A stretch of DNA of 61,696 nucleotides, filler included, from Choristocarpus tenellus KU-1152 (lineage: Eukaryota; Protista; Phaeophyceae): the NCBI GenBank assembly GCA_964200185.2. It is 13 parts of 13 records of this genome, joined end to end, with 100 filler letters (N's around TTAATTAATTAA, not from the genome) between each part and the next. Parts side by side here need not be neighbours in the genome. Positions count along the whole stretch, not along the records: positions 37,488 to 41,111 come from CAXNAD020018890.1; positions 41,212 to 48,774 come from CAXNAD020005960.1; positions 48,875 to 56,996 come from CAXNAD020005111.1; 10 more parts are not named here. One strand, given 5' to 3'. Positions within the stretch are counted from its first letter, which is position 1. Each line of letters begins with the position of its first letter. The translations under genes and the position numbers were made by a program. Under the pieces are notes generated by a model that saw only the letters and a program-made list of their open reading frames with translations, made no database searches and was not told the origin of the DNA. Below are positions 38,135-50,397 of the stretch, piece by piece.

Positions 38135-39970
38135 CTGGATGGAGAGCGCCAGTGCCCTTTCACAGCCACAACCACGTAGGCCTGCCTCAACAGCTCCCAT
38201 ACAAACCAGCACCAGCCCTACCCCTCTACCTTCTTTCCTAGGGCTTGGATCAGTCATCCTCACATCACCCAGTCCCATCCCTGCCCCAGTGCCACCACCT
38301 TTGGCATACAAGAGAGCCTCTTTCAATGCCTTCAGCTTGTTTCGAACTCCTTGCAACCACGGAACTCCTCCTGCCTGCCCTGCTCCCCCAGTGGCAGGAA
38401 AAGGCTGGGTCAGATTGTTGTGGAGCATGCCCAACAGGTGCCCAGGTATCATTATACTTCCAGCTCCAGGCCAAAGTGCTCCTTGCGATGACTCCTGTTC
38501 GTCCCCAAGCTGGATCAGCTCTGAGCACACTGTAGCAATGACTTCAGGTGCTACGCCAATGTGTTCCTCACTCATCTCTGCTACAGCTACACTTCCATCA
38601 TCACCGACACCCCCCAGCCAAGATGCTGTCACAGACATTGCAAGAGTGCCAACAGCGATCTCTCCGGTCCCGTTTTTGATGCTGTTTGATCCCTTAGCTC
38701 CAGGACCTCTATCCCCTGAAATCGACCTAAGTGCAAGGGAGCAAGCAGACTCCACAGCGGTTGGCATCCACGCCCAACTCCTCCCATATCCTTGACCATC
38801 AGATAGGCAGGCATGTATGAAGCAGAGTCGGGGAGCCCAGGGCAGCAATGGAGCCACCATCCCCGTACCCTGAAGAAATGCCTACGCAACCAAGGCCAAG
38901 AACGCAGGCGCGTGGGAGGTTGGGGAGCAGAAGCTAGGTCACAACAACAGATGCATCTAAGGAGGAGAAAAAGGGTACGGCATACCCTCCCAAATCAAGC
39001 GCTACAATTATCTTGAGGACGAAAATGTACAAAAGAGGAGCACGTGAGTGGTGTCAACCGATTTGAATCGTCAGTAGGGATCCTGTGTGGCGCTATCTAC
39101 GCACCCTCGACCCATTCAACCAGCTTACTTTGGTACCATGCTCTCCCAGTGCTTCAAGGATTGTCGACAGAGTGTGGGATGCAGTGGGTTCATATTCCCT
39201 CAAGACCAACACTACGGCGATGCGGGCGCCGATACGAGTGGCCTCTGCAGAAGGAGACACCAATGGAGATGTCCAAAGGTCTTTCATTCCTGCTCACATC
39301 GATGTGAACGGAAAGTGCTGTGGTTGGGTATCAGGATTGTCCGAAGGGTTTCGGCATGAGGAGAACGATTCCTAGGGCTGGCAAGACATATGAAATTGCC
39401 TCGATTTGCAGGGCGATGTTGAGGCCGACGACGGCGACTATTCGAGTTGAGACCTACGTGATCCGCAGACAAAATATGCATGGTAAGTGTCCCTTTCCTT
39501 AGTTAGAACCCTCGATATAGTTATACCCACCATCTACATGGAAAATAATGTTGTTAGGTCAGATAAAAGAGATAAAATTGGAGCTGTGTCCTCACCCCTT
39601 GAAGTAGGGATGACATACAGCCGTTGTCTCTTCGACTAGCTATCAGATTCTTACTACAGGCCTCAGACTGATGGTCACGGAGGGGGATATACAAGGACGG
39701 AAAATTAAACAGGGGTAGTGAGCTCAGTAGCTCGTGGAAGGGAGACAATGCAGACTCACCACTCAGTCGTGCAGCCAAGTTTCTCACAACGAAGGTCAAT
39801 ACGACAGGGTACCTGTGCAAAAGGGACCGGAGTACTATCTCACTTTTCTCCTGTATATTCCTAGACTCTACGCCATGGAGACCCACATCAAAGCAGCCGT
39901 TCACCGCAGCAGCAGCTCGGGCGTATACTTCCTCCATGGTCTTGACGCCACTTCTATGCTGTAAGACCTT
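38135..39970 (-). CDS. Hypothetical multi-exon protein
   Basis: Long GC-richer open exons at about 38135-38870 (cag|GTGMVAPLLPW..SIQ|gt), 39128-39289 (MKDLW..EHGTK|gtaagc) and about 39595-39970. Exact splicing unresolved; no family recognised. Confidence 0.55.
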
Positions 39971-40371
39971 GGGTGAAGCAGACAAAAGAGGAACGTCTGC
40001 GCGCGAAGAGTACGAGGTTGGCATCGCGCGTTCCAAGGCATATCTTATATCTCGTATCTTGTAATATTGTAGCATGAGTAGTGTGTACGGATATCTTTTA
40101 TGTGTTAGTGTCTTGTACTTGAGAATTTAACAGAGATGGTTACAACGCACAATCCGTTGGTTCGAACCCCTTCGACATCTGTGTTTTTTCACAGAAATAT
40201 GCCTTTGATCATCCTGTTCTACACACTGTACAGGAAGGACAACGGACTATATACCAGCCAGTACCCTCCTGTCGATAGTTACACCACAATTCAGCAAAAC
40301 CTTTTTTTTATCGTGCAAATGGCATAGTTTTGCCCTCTCTCGGGATAATCAAAATGGAACCCTGCCTATCT

Positions 40372-40631
40372 GAGTGAAAGTATCTTAGAGGATACGCATT
40401 TTGTCCTGTTTATCCATCCATTTAGGGCTTGGCTTCCCACAGGTTACTGATGACATTTTCCTACTCGAAACTTTCGGAGTAGGTCAAATGTATACGCTAT
40501 TAAAAGGTATGTTCGGAACAAGGATAGTGACACTTCCTAACAAACACGATAGCCAAAATTACATCAAAATTAGAACACTGGATTTTTGCCCTCAAACGGA
40601 CACGGCGCTACCCTCTAAGATACTTTGACTC
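40372..40631 (-). mobile_element. MITE subfamily A
   Basis: GAGTGAAAGTATCTTAGAGG ... CCCTCTAAGATACTTTGACTC; TSD ATCT/ATCT. Confidence 0.9.
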
Positions 40632-41042
40632 ATCTCTAAGTTCGTTTGACTTATCGAGGCCTTACTTCGAGTACATATATATGTTGCTTCTACACTATTG
40701 CTTCAATCCTTGCACAGTATACCTGAGCCAGGCGATACATAGCAAATAGATAAGTAGATATAAACCTCCCTAGTTATGGAAGGAATATGTGGTGGTATAA
40801 AGTGAAGGGTTGGGATAACGGTATAAGGTTGAAACTGAAGGGTCACACTTGGGACCACAACGTTCATTAAATATGCACGAAATGTTTTCGTATTATTTAC
40901 TAGGAGCACGGGATATATGGAACCATGGATCTGAACGGGGATGATGAGGTTAAGGGTTAGCGCGTTAGCTGTTAAATCCTGAATGAGGGAAAGAGTGTCG
41001 AGGACATCAATGGTGATCATGGGTCTGTTACTATGTCAAGGA

Positions 41043-41111
41043 GAGTGAAACTATCTTAGAGGGTACGAATTTTTCCCTGTTTGTCCATTTGTGGGGCTTG
41101 ACTTCCCATGG
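41043..41111 (-). mobile_element. MITE subfamily A (partial, at gap)
   Basis: GAGTGAAACTATCTTAGAGGGTACG..GTCCATTT. Confidence 0.75.
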
Positions 41112-41869
41112 NNNNNNNNNNNNNNNNNNNNNNNNNNNNNNNNNNNNNNNNNNNNTTAATTAATTAANNNNNNNNNNNNNNNNNNNNNNNNNNNNNNNNN
41201 NNNNNNNNNNNCCGTGTGCTTGGTACCTCCACCTCGAGTCACATTCTTTTTTTCAGGCTTTGTTACCAGCATTCCACTACCCTACATAATAATAATAATA
41301 ATAATATTGCGGAAGTTCTGTTCCTGTTCAGTAAGTTCCTGTTCAGTAACACAGTATCTTGCTTGCTACAAACACAATGAGCTACTGATGACCCTCTGTG
41401 GTCAGGTTTTGGGTGCTGCAGGTCTCTCACAAGTTAGGGTTAGGGTTAGGGTTAGTGTGGGTGCAAGGAGGAGGAGGCCGTGCCAGGGGGGATAGAGGAG
41501 GGGAACGTTCCCCCAATTAGTAGCCACTGTGCTCGAGCAACTCAGGAGGAAAGGAGAAGTGCTGAAGGTGTACCCAGGTAAACCCACAGGGGTAATGCTG
41601 AGTGTAAAAGAGAAGATCCCCCAGTAAAAAAAAGAAAAAGTCACAGCGCCCAAGCAGCCCCAGGGGGAAAGGGACAGAGGGGACTGTGTGGGCTGTGCAT
41701 GGGAGGGAAACGAGTAGGAGAAGCTCCAGCATATAGTACCCTAACCCTAAGGTGCTCCATCAGGACCATGTGGAAAGGGCAATGGTAGGACTGTGCTTGG
41801 GTACCAGGGGTGGAATGTGTTAGGAGGGCTCTATGCCCGGCTGTGCAAAAGCAAATGATCTATCTCTAC

Positions 41870-42110
41870 GTACATCTGTATGTACATCTGTATGTACATC
41901 TGTCTGTACATCTGTCTGTACATCTGTATGTACATCTGTCTGTACATCTGTCTGTACATCTGTATGTACATCTGTCTGTACATCTGTCTGTACATCTGTA
42001 TGTACATCTGTCTGTACATCTGTATGTACATCTGTCTGTACATCTGTCTGTACATCTGTATGTACATCTGTATGTACATCTGTCTATACATCTGTCTGTA
42101 CATCTGTCTG
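41870..42110. repeat. 12-bp minisatellite x~20
   Basis: GTACATCTGT(A/C)T units. Confidence 0.95.
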
Positions 42111-42680
42111 AAGTATGGAGTGGAGTCTGTTCGACAACCCTAACCCTAAGCCTTCAAAGTGTCTGAAAATGGAATTGAACTAATAAGGAATATATTTCAA
42201 GCGCCAGGGAATTCTAAAGGTTATCAAGGCATTACAGGACAGGGCCCTATCAGACACCACAGGACAGGTAATCAGTAGACCTTAATCTGAGCCAACCGTC
42301 CCCTCACCATTGTTAGCCAAAGCACAGTTGGACTGCAGGCAGAGGAGATGAGGTATGCTATGCGCCCAAGAAAATTTCAAAATAACGCCTCCATACATCT
42401 AGCGATAGCACCACTACTACCTGGAGACAACGACTTGTGAATTACATTTTCCAATCTTTCTAAATAAATGTGGGTTAAAAGCTGAGTCAATAACCGATCA
42501 TGTCAATCCCACGACAAACAGAACACTCCCCTTACACACACCACATCAATGACCCCAAACGCCTTCCATTGAATGGACTCAACGGCATCACTCTGTGTAA
42601 ATCCCCCCCCCGAAACCGCAATGACATGAGAGAAGCTACTACTAAAGAGGACATATACTTAGTCAAATGTTCTCCCTTAC

Positions 42681-45600
42681 CTGAATCTCCAGTGACAATG
42701 ATGTTGGCACCCTTCAGCAGCTCATCCAGCATCCTCTCACTCCCTTGACACACTCTAAACAATTGTCGTAGAACAACGCCCGCCTCCGGTTTTGGTTGGA
42801 AACCCTGTCCACCTAATCTCCTAGTGTGCCTATTCTCACCACCATCTTCCTACAAAAAAGGGTAAGGCCCAGGCTTGAGGCTGCATCACAAATATATGTG
42901 TGATAGTATCCACTACTTAATTGAGATCCACGACCTTTGTAACAATTTTATTGCTGTTATTGTTGCCTGACATTGACAGAAGCCAGGGGTTAGGGTTAGG
43001 GATAGGTACACATCCCTAAACACAATGCGCTGTCACACACTACTGCTCTCAGGGTTAGGGTTAGGATTAGGGTTAGAGTGACGCCATGGTCTCAACAGAA
43101 ATAGTAGAGATTGGTTGATACAAAAGGGAGGAAAAGTACTAACCAACGCCCAGAGGGGTTCTGCTTCAAGACTGTCATTCAAGACTGTCGTTGGAGACGG
43201 CATCAAAGAGAGCTACGAGGTCTGGTGGTTGTTGCTCCAGAGCAGAATGGAAGTTGAGGTGCAAACGTTTGCACAGTACGATACTCTCGACATCCAAATC
43301 ACTCCAAAACATTTCTTTAAAAAAAAGGCCGTCCTTGCACTTACCCCTAACCCTAACTCAACTTTGATCGCTACTTCTAAGGGTTAGGGTTAGGGCTAGG
43401 GTTAGGGTTAGTATAGTCGGTTTTAAGCAGTACTTGCAGACTATTCCCAACATGCCAGGAAGCATCCCTCTCAACCTCTTCCAAATGTTTCCGCCGAACT
43501 CGGGACACGGTGAAGGGTTAGGGGTTTGTGAAGACAGACAAAATTGACTCTAGTAATGATTTCAACCCTTTTTTTTTGGCCTTACCTGTACTTCTCCACG
43601 TATGCTTCCACTCCATGTTTGTCCACTCTGTGTTTGTCCATTTTCCTGAACCTCACACAGGCAGTCAAACACTCGGGCGGTGATAGTTCCCAACAGCTCT
43701 AGCTCCTCCTTCAGGTGAAAAAGGGTTAGGGTTAGGGTTAGGGTTGTGTTCAAGTGCCACAGTTGGAAAGGGTTAGGGTTAGGGAACATGTATTGTAAAA
43801 AAACACACATCCAATAAGGGTGGAGGAGTCCAAGACTTGGTCCAACACGACCGTTGCTTTGACCAAGAGGGTGTTGAGACAGGGTCTTATCTATCGATAA
43901 CTACTACTCTTGAAGTACTCAGCACCCAGTATGGCAAATTCAGGAGCGTGGCTAACCCTAACATCCTACTTGCTTGGACAAGGTTTAAAAACGTCCCCGG
44001 GGGCAACGATACAAACATAAAAGTGGTGCAGTTACATGTACAGTAGTACAACCATAATGTGGGTTGCAGGGATTCCAAGACCTCAACTAGGTCCCGCAAT
44101 GGAACCTTGGACATAAACCTGTCTCTATAACACTAGCTGTAGTACAACTCAGGGGTAGAACCAGAACTCCCCTGTAACCTCTGGCCCATATCTGTGAGTG
44201 AAAGTGTCTTAGGGAGGGTTAGGGTAAGAGTTTTTCTTGCCGAGTTTGTCCGTTTGGGGTTTCGCTTCCCACAGGATTTTTTTTTTAATGAAATTTTCTT
44301 ACTCTGAAATTGTTTCGGAGGAGGTAATATGTATACTCAGGGTTAGGGTTATAGGGTTAGTTATGAAAAGACGTGTCCAAAAATAAGGACATTGACACTT
44401 TCAAAACACATGATGGTCACAATTAATTCAAAATCGCAACGTTGGATTTTGGCCCCCAAACGGACGCAGCCTCTACCCTCTAAGGATACTTTAACTCTGT
44501 AAGAACAGCCAAACCTCAGCTCTGGTCCGGAATTAGGACCCTCACAGCAACGTCGACCATCTACCTATCGCGAACTTATTTGACCTTAGAAGATTGGGAT
44601 GTGCGACCTCAGCGGCCGCATCAGATCCAGACCCTTGCTAAAATCACAATCGGGTATGCTTCCTACTATCTCCTCGTACATATTTCTATCAGGTTGCAAG
44701 TCTTGTGTCATGAGGGTTAGGGTTAGGATTAGGATTAGGATTGGGGTTAGGGTCAATGAAGCTGCAAGTATACCTGTACGAACCTGAACGTGTACCTAAC
44801 TTAGGGTTAGGGTTAACCCTAACCCTGAACATGTACCTCTCGCCTGCGTAAACTCAAACCTCTACATGGGGACTCACACTGTGGATTTAGACCAGAACCT
44901 GAAACCACACCAATGACTCGCCCCAAAAAGTCACACTTGGACCTGAGACCCATAGGGAGTAAAAGTATTGGACTTCAAGCCTTCGAACTGTAATAGTACA
45001 TGGTAAACAGGTACAATACCTGCAGAACCCCTACAAAAAGGACCTTGAAAATGCTGTCTACAAAAGGGATTGCCATATGATAGGTAAAAACAGCACTGGT
45101 CTGCAGATTAGAGCTATCTGATAATATCACCCCAAAAAATCTAGCTCAAGCTTTTCCGCACCTCTAGGAGGTAGAGACCATGCTCTCTAGCCAGGTCTGT
45201 GTCCACAGTATATACAAGAGGACATGTCTGTTCTCCAACCCCAGTATCATCTCTCCAATCTCCTAAATCTCCTAAATCTCCTGATTCTGAGACAGCATTG
45301 GTCGCACCCTCCTCTGCTTCATGCACTTCAGATGGCATAGCATTCATGACAAACCCACGTCCATCTTGTCCACCACGTTGCAAACTGTTCAACTTTGGAT
45401 CTGATTCCACATTGTGATTCTTGGTCCTTTCCTCATTCTTGTGCCTCTTGACTACTCCAATCTCCTGGTGGTTTCTGATGGGTGACCTATGAGCCCCATT
45501 GCTCTGCAAGGAAGACACCGGTCCAGGTAATCCTGAGGAGGGACTCATCAAGGTGCTTCCTGGCATTGAATCTACTTGTTCTGACTCCCCATTTCCACCT

Positions 45601-47100
45601 CCGCCCTGTCGGGATAATGGAAATACTGTGCCCCTGGATGCTCTAGTCTGAGCATCAACACACCACCACTCTTCCATGCCATCTTCACTACAGTCCATGC
45701 TTCTTGATTTGGATGAGGAAAGCGTACCACGAGGGTTAGACGTTGTTTCTTTCCAAGAGGAAATGGCCGTGAGCGCTTGTCTACGTGAAGGTTGCCACTT
45801 GGGAGACAGTGCCCCATCTTTCACAACGGTAAATGTTGTCTCTTGTAAAAAGGCAACTAGCTGGTGAGGGCAAGAAAGAGAACCAGGATGGATGGGATGG
45901 AAGTTCATCGTCGATTTAGATTGATCAATATCTGCAAACTTCATTTCATTCTGACCTACTCTGGTTTCGAGAGCTGCTGCATGACAGAATTGAGTGCCGA
46001 CAAGTCACGTCTAAACTTCAACTACTAGGAAACGTCTTCAGGAAGGCCAACACTGCACCAAAACGTATAGGGCATCGATACGCTCATAATCATAGCGGCA
46101 GCAGTCCAAGACGTGCCTCCCATTCACGACGGGATTGAGCCGTAGATGGTTGACCAAACAAGATGATAAGGAGCAGTACTGTTGTTGACCAAAACGTGTT
46201 AGTTGACAGGCAATAATTGCACAAAGAAAACACCAAAACATAGCTACACATTTTGATCATACACCAAGAATTCGTTGTATCAATTGGTCGAATCCATGAA
46301 CTCTCCGTGTCGGTAATCTTCCCCTTGATGTTCACCTTCTTTCTAAGTTCTCGTTGCTGCCGTTGAGACCGCATTCCAGAGCACCATAGCACTATCGACG
46401 CCAAAAGGAGAACGACAGCCAATTGTTTGGCACGCCTGAGAACGAAACGTAGGCGGGAGATTGACGTGAGGAAAAGAGCACAAAATTTGGCAAGGTACGA
46501 ATGATGAAGTGGTTCAGAAACACGTTCCTCGCCCGCCTTCACCTTGTAGACATCTTGAAAAAGCCAAGGCCACAACAAGGTGTACACCATCGCAACGGCA
46601 GAGGTGGCGAGCGATCCAATACACGTTTGTCCTGCACACATACGAGAGGGATAATATAGTGTATCCTTACCAACTTGAGATAGAATCGAACAGAACGTGT
46701 TTGGGGTATGGTTCAGGTAGCGAAGCGAGTTCTAGAATTACCCAGACAACAGATCATCCACATTGAATGCTTGAATCTCAATCCGAACATACATGAATAT
46801 CTAATATAGTAGCCGATTACGCCCAGATACTAGACTAGCTATCGAGATTCACCGGCTTTGGGTCATAGTCCTCTTCATCCTGCAGTTGAATATCAATCAA
46901 GCAAGCCATGTCGTTTGTTGAATCCTCTGAAGAGGAGTGAGAAATCTGTGATGCGCTGCTGCCTATCTTCATCTCGATGGTCGAATCTAGTTGTCTAGAT
47001 GTCATGGGTAGATCACGTCTCGCTTTCACAGCATCGCCGGTACCAAGAGTTACTCCTTCAATTGCTCCATACATTCCTCCTTTCTCAAGCGTATCTTCTG
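42681..47100 (-). CDS. Hypothetical multi-exon protein with N-terminal hydrophobic segments
   Basis: Exons at about 46853-47100, about 46262-46630 (two hydrophobic stretches), 45162-45955, 43586-43708 and 42681-42849. The last three join in phase 0 via GT..AG. Confidence 0.6.
44196..44497 (-). mobile_element. MITE subfamily A carrying inserted TTAGGG repeats
   Basis: TIRs GAGTGAAAG.. / ..CTTTAACTC; TSD TGT/TGT; extra telomere-type tracts relative to sister copies. Confidence 0.85.
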
Positions 47101-48599
47101 GCTAGCGTTTGACATAACCAAAATCACCACTATCGGAAAGACATCATACGTACGAAATACGTCCTACCACATACATATATGCGAACACTTCCATAATACC
47201 ATATTACAATCAATCACTACCCAAAATATATACTACAGTATGTAGTACAAAAAAATGAAAAATAGAAATAGAAATGTACGAGATACAAGAAAAATACGTC
47301 AAGAATCTGAAATTCTTCAAATTACACCTTGTTCTACCCTCTCCTTGACTGAGAAGCCCCTCTTTGCCCATCTCCCTCGTGTTTCTAGCTTTAAACGCAT
47401 GATACGTCTTGATAGAGCTACTTTATTGTGACAGACACTATCTGTCGTAGATGGGATTTGACAGTCCCTTTCCTACTCTAGCCTCCTACCTCTCTCCCCC
47501 TTACCATGTGCGTACCTAAATCATCCAGAAAACATTCCACTTTCTTTCCAAGGCGCCAAACACTTTCCTCCACGAAATGTGTTGGGACTTATCATATTCA
47601 TTCCACCACATCACACACTGACACCGAAGGGTATCTTTGTAAGCAAAAATAACGCGTTTTGTAGACGAAGGTGCCCTTTAGTGAGTGTCAGGGTCAGGGA
47701 TAGGAGATTTTCACCATAACTTAAGAAAAGGAAGGGACCTTTCATCAAAATACAAATTGGTTGAGGTTGTTTTTTTAGGGAGCATTGGTCCCAAAGTTGG
47801 GGTTAACTGTGTGTGCTGGTGGTAAAAATCCCTCGATTCAAAGGTTGGAACAGGGAGGTTTGACGAGAAAGTGATAATCAAACCGTTGATATCAACTCGT
47901 TTCTCTGTTTGAGGTAAAAAATGAATTCTGGTAATCCATGTTCTTGATGGTGAGGAAGATCAGGACACGTATATTTTTTCTTTCTACAAGATGATACCCC
48001 TTAAGTGTGAGAGTTTTTGATGTGGGGGAATGAATCTGTTAAGGTATGACTAAACGAATATGACTTTCAACCTTTATGTACACTTCTACCACGTACTAAT
48101 AGTACATTTCTATTTCTATTTGTCCAGTTTTTTGTACCAGGTAGTATAAGAAAAACAGCCCTTTCTTCGAGGTAATAATTACACGTACCCTTCATCTGAA
48201 CGATCACGATGTATTCTTCGGGTTTGGAGTTGTTACTGGTTTATTTTGTATGTATGCGGGTTTAGCATATTTTATGTGAGGTCTTGAGATAGGGTGTGTT
48301 GGTGGTAATGAATCTATCCTTAACCCTGACACTAAAGAAGGGGTCACTTTACATGCAATACCAATGTTGAGTATGTTTGTTGAAGCGACATTGAACAATG
48401 AAAAAGGAGAAATTACTAATAAAAAATGCGTGGGAATTGGTCACATTGACTGATGACTGGATTGTCTGGAGACTGGAAACCAATGGAAAAAATTGATCGA
48501 ACTGGTGACTGGATACCAAATTGTGGAAATTCGCCGTTAGTTGATGACTCAATGTTTGGTGACTACTGGAAACCAGTGACGAAAATTGGTTACATTGGT

Positions 48600-48709
48600 T
48601 GGTAATGGATTTTACAGGCGAATAGAGCGAGCGTTTCTCCTTGTATTTCAAAGAAGTGCAAGCATTTGTTACACACGAATATAGCGCGAGCATTTTATCC
48701 TCATGTTTC
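48600..48709. repeat. Dispersed repeat, inverse copy at ~60412-60510
   Basis: TTACAGGCGAAT..GAAGTGCAAGCATTTGTTACA..GCGAGCATTT..CTCATGTTT is the reverse complement of about 60412-60510. Confidence 0.7.
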
Positions 48710-48774
48710 TGTGAATCGTGTGATTCTGTGGCGGCGTGGTTCACTCAGGCAAAGGTGGCGAAGAGAATCACCGG
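48710..48774 (-). mobile_element. LTR 3' end (same family as 275-679), cut by gap
   Basis: Reverse complement of ..CCTGAGTGAACCACGCC..GAATCACACGATTCACA. Confidence 0.85.
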
Positions 48775-48879
48775 NNNNNNNNNNNNNNNNNNNNNNNNNN
48801 NNNNNNNNNNNNNNNNNNTTAATTAATTAANNNNNNNNNNNNNNNNNNNNNNNNNNNNNNNNNNNNNNNNNNNNGTAGG

Positions 48880-49923
48880 TGTAATTGAAAAGTGTGGGGG
48901 TGGGTAAGTGTGTTTCACAGTAGGGGCATGTGCGAGGGTGATTGGCATCTTCGCAGAGGCTGACCATGCAGTTGAGGTGGAGCGAGCACTCACAAGGAAG
49001 GGTGCCTTGGTGATCTGAGGGAAGAGGCTCTAGACAGCCAGGGCAGGCAGGGAAAGAAGGGGGAGGGGCTGGGGGGTGGGGGCGTGGGATGGAGAGTAGG
49101 CGTAATGGTGGGATGGCAAAAGGGGTGGAGGATGATTGTAAGCGGATGGATTCCAGCAGAGCTTCGATTCCACACTCCCCTCCATGGTGGCGTAGTAGTG
49201 TTCGGGGCTGGCAAGGGTACGACAGGTGGGGCACGGGATGAGATGTACGGGTCTGGTGCGGAAGTATAGAGCCGAGGCACAGCCCAGATCCAGTGAGTGT
49301 GAGCAGGAGAAAGGGGGTACTGGCTGTTGTATCTTGGAAAAACAGATCGCACAGTGTTCTGGTGTAAGCTGACGTGGTTGTTGGGATGGGTGTGGGTTGG
49401 GGTCCCTGGTGAGGGAGGCTGACCTTCGAAGCCCCATAATATCTCTTATCACCTCCTCTCCTGCCTCCTCTTCCTTGAAGCCGTGTAGGGGCGGGTCCCT
49501 CTCCCCGCTACCATCATCATGTGCCTCTACCACCTCTCTGGCCCCATCCCCCTGTGTGCTCGTTCGATTTTCCATTCGGGCTTAACCATCCTGCAGAAGC
49601 GAAACATGTCTACCTATTCCCGAAGAGGAGTGGTGTGCTCTGCTTATGTTCCCCCCTTGCCCGTGCCTATCTCGTGAGCCGCCATTCCTATCCTTGATCA
49701 CCGCCACCTCGTCCCCATGCGGGCCCATTCCGTTCTCTGTCCATCCTTCTCCATTCTGCGAAATTGAGACCTGGGTATCTATTCCCGGAGCTGGGTTAAT
49801 CCCTCCATTTATATTTGTTCCTTGCCCCTGCCTGTCTCGTGAGCCATAGTCACCTTCCTCCATCACCCCCACAACCCCATCCCCTCCTCCTTTATATCTC
49901 CTATTCATCCTCAAAATCATCAT
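48880..49923 (-). pseudogene. Disrupted ORF with two RING-finger-like motifs
   Basis: CAIC..CSHSLDLGC..CPTC and CPGC..CECSLHLNC..CPYC. In-frame TAA at 49582-49584, a frameshift between the two fingers, no introns. Confidence 0.55.
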
Positions 49924-49956
49924 GCCACCGATTTTTCAGTAATAATTACTTCCCTG

Positions 49957-50397
49957 TATGAACCGTGTGATTCTGTGGCGGCGTGAATCACACAGGTAAG
50001 GGTGGTGAAGAGAATCACCGGGCAAGACGGACCAGACGAACCAAGACGAACCGTAACCGAGAGTACGAGGTTAAGGTTGGCCAAGTGCAAGACTGCAAGG
50101 ACTTGCAGGGAAAATTGAGGAGTGATGAGCGTCTTCAGAGAGGGGGCTTCATCACCAGAAGTCAAGACGTGAGAACAAAGTTAATCTTTCATGTGTGACA
50201 ACTCTGAATGAAGAGCAATCCCAAGTCTGTGGGATTGGTCTCGTGAAGAGATTCCATGGTTTCATTGTGACAGAAGGTCAGCCAGAGGAATAATGGATGG
50301 TTGACAAGAAACCTCAATCGGTACAACGGTACAATGGTATGACGTTATGTGACATAACTCAATAATGGTATAATAACAGACAAGCATGCTTCCCACA
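49957..50397 (-). mobile_element. Solo LTR (same family)
   Basis: Full-length diverged reverse copy of 275-679; flanks cctg/tctg (3 of 4 match). Confidence 0.85.

Noticed and set aside
38139-38795. 218-aa Pro/Ser-rich plus-strand ORF
   Set aside because: Antisense shadow of the minus-strand exon, which has proper splice sites.
41810-42166. Repetitive ORFs (YVHL/SVHL, MYRQ, TSVC) and CRISPR-like appearance
   Set aside because: Products of a 12-bp minisatellite; no unique spacers and no cas genes.
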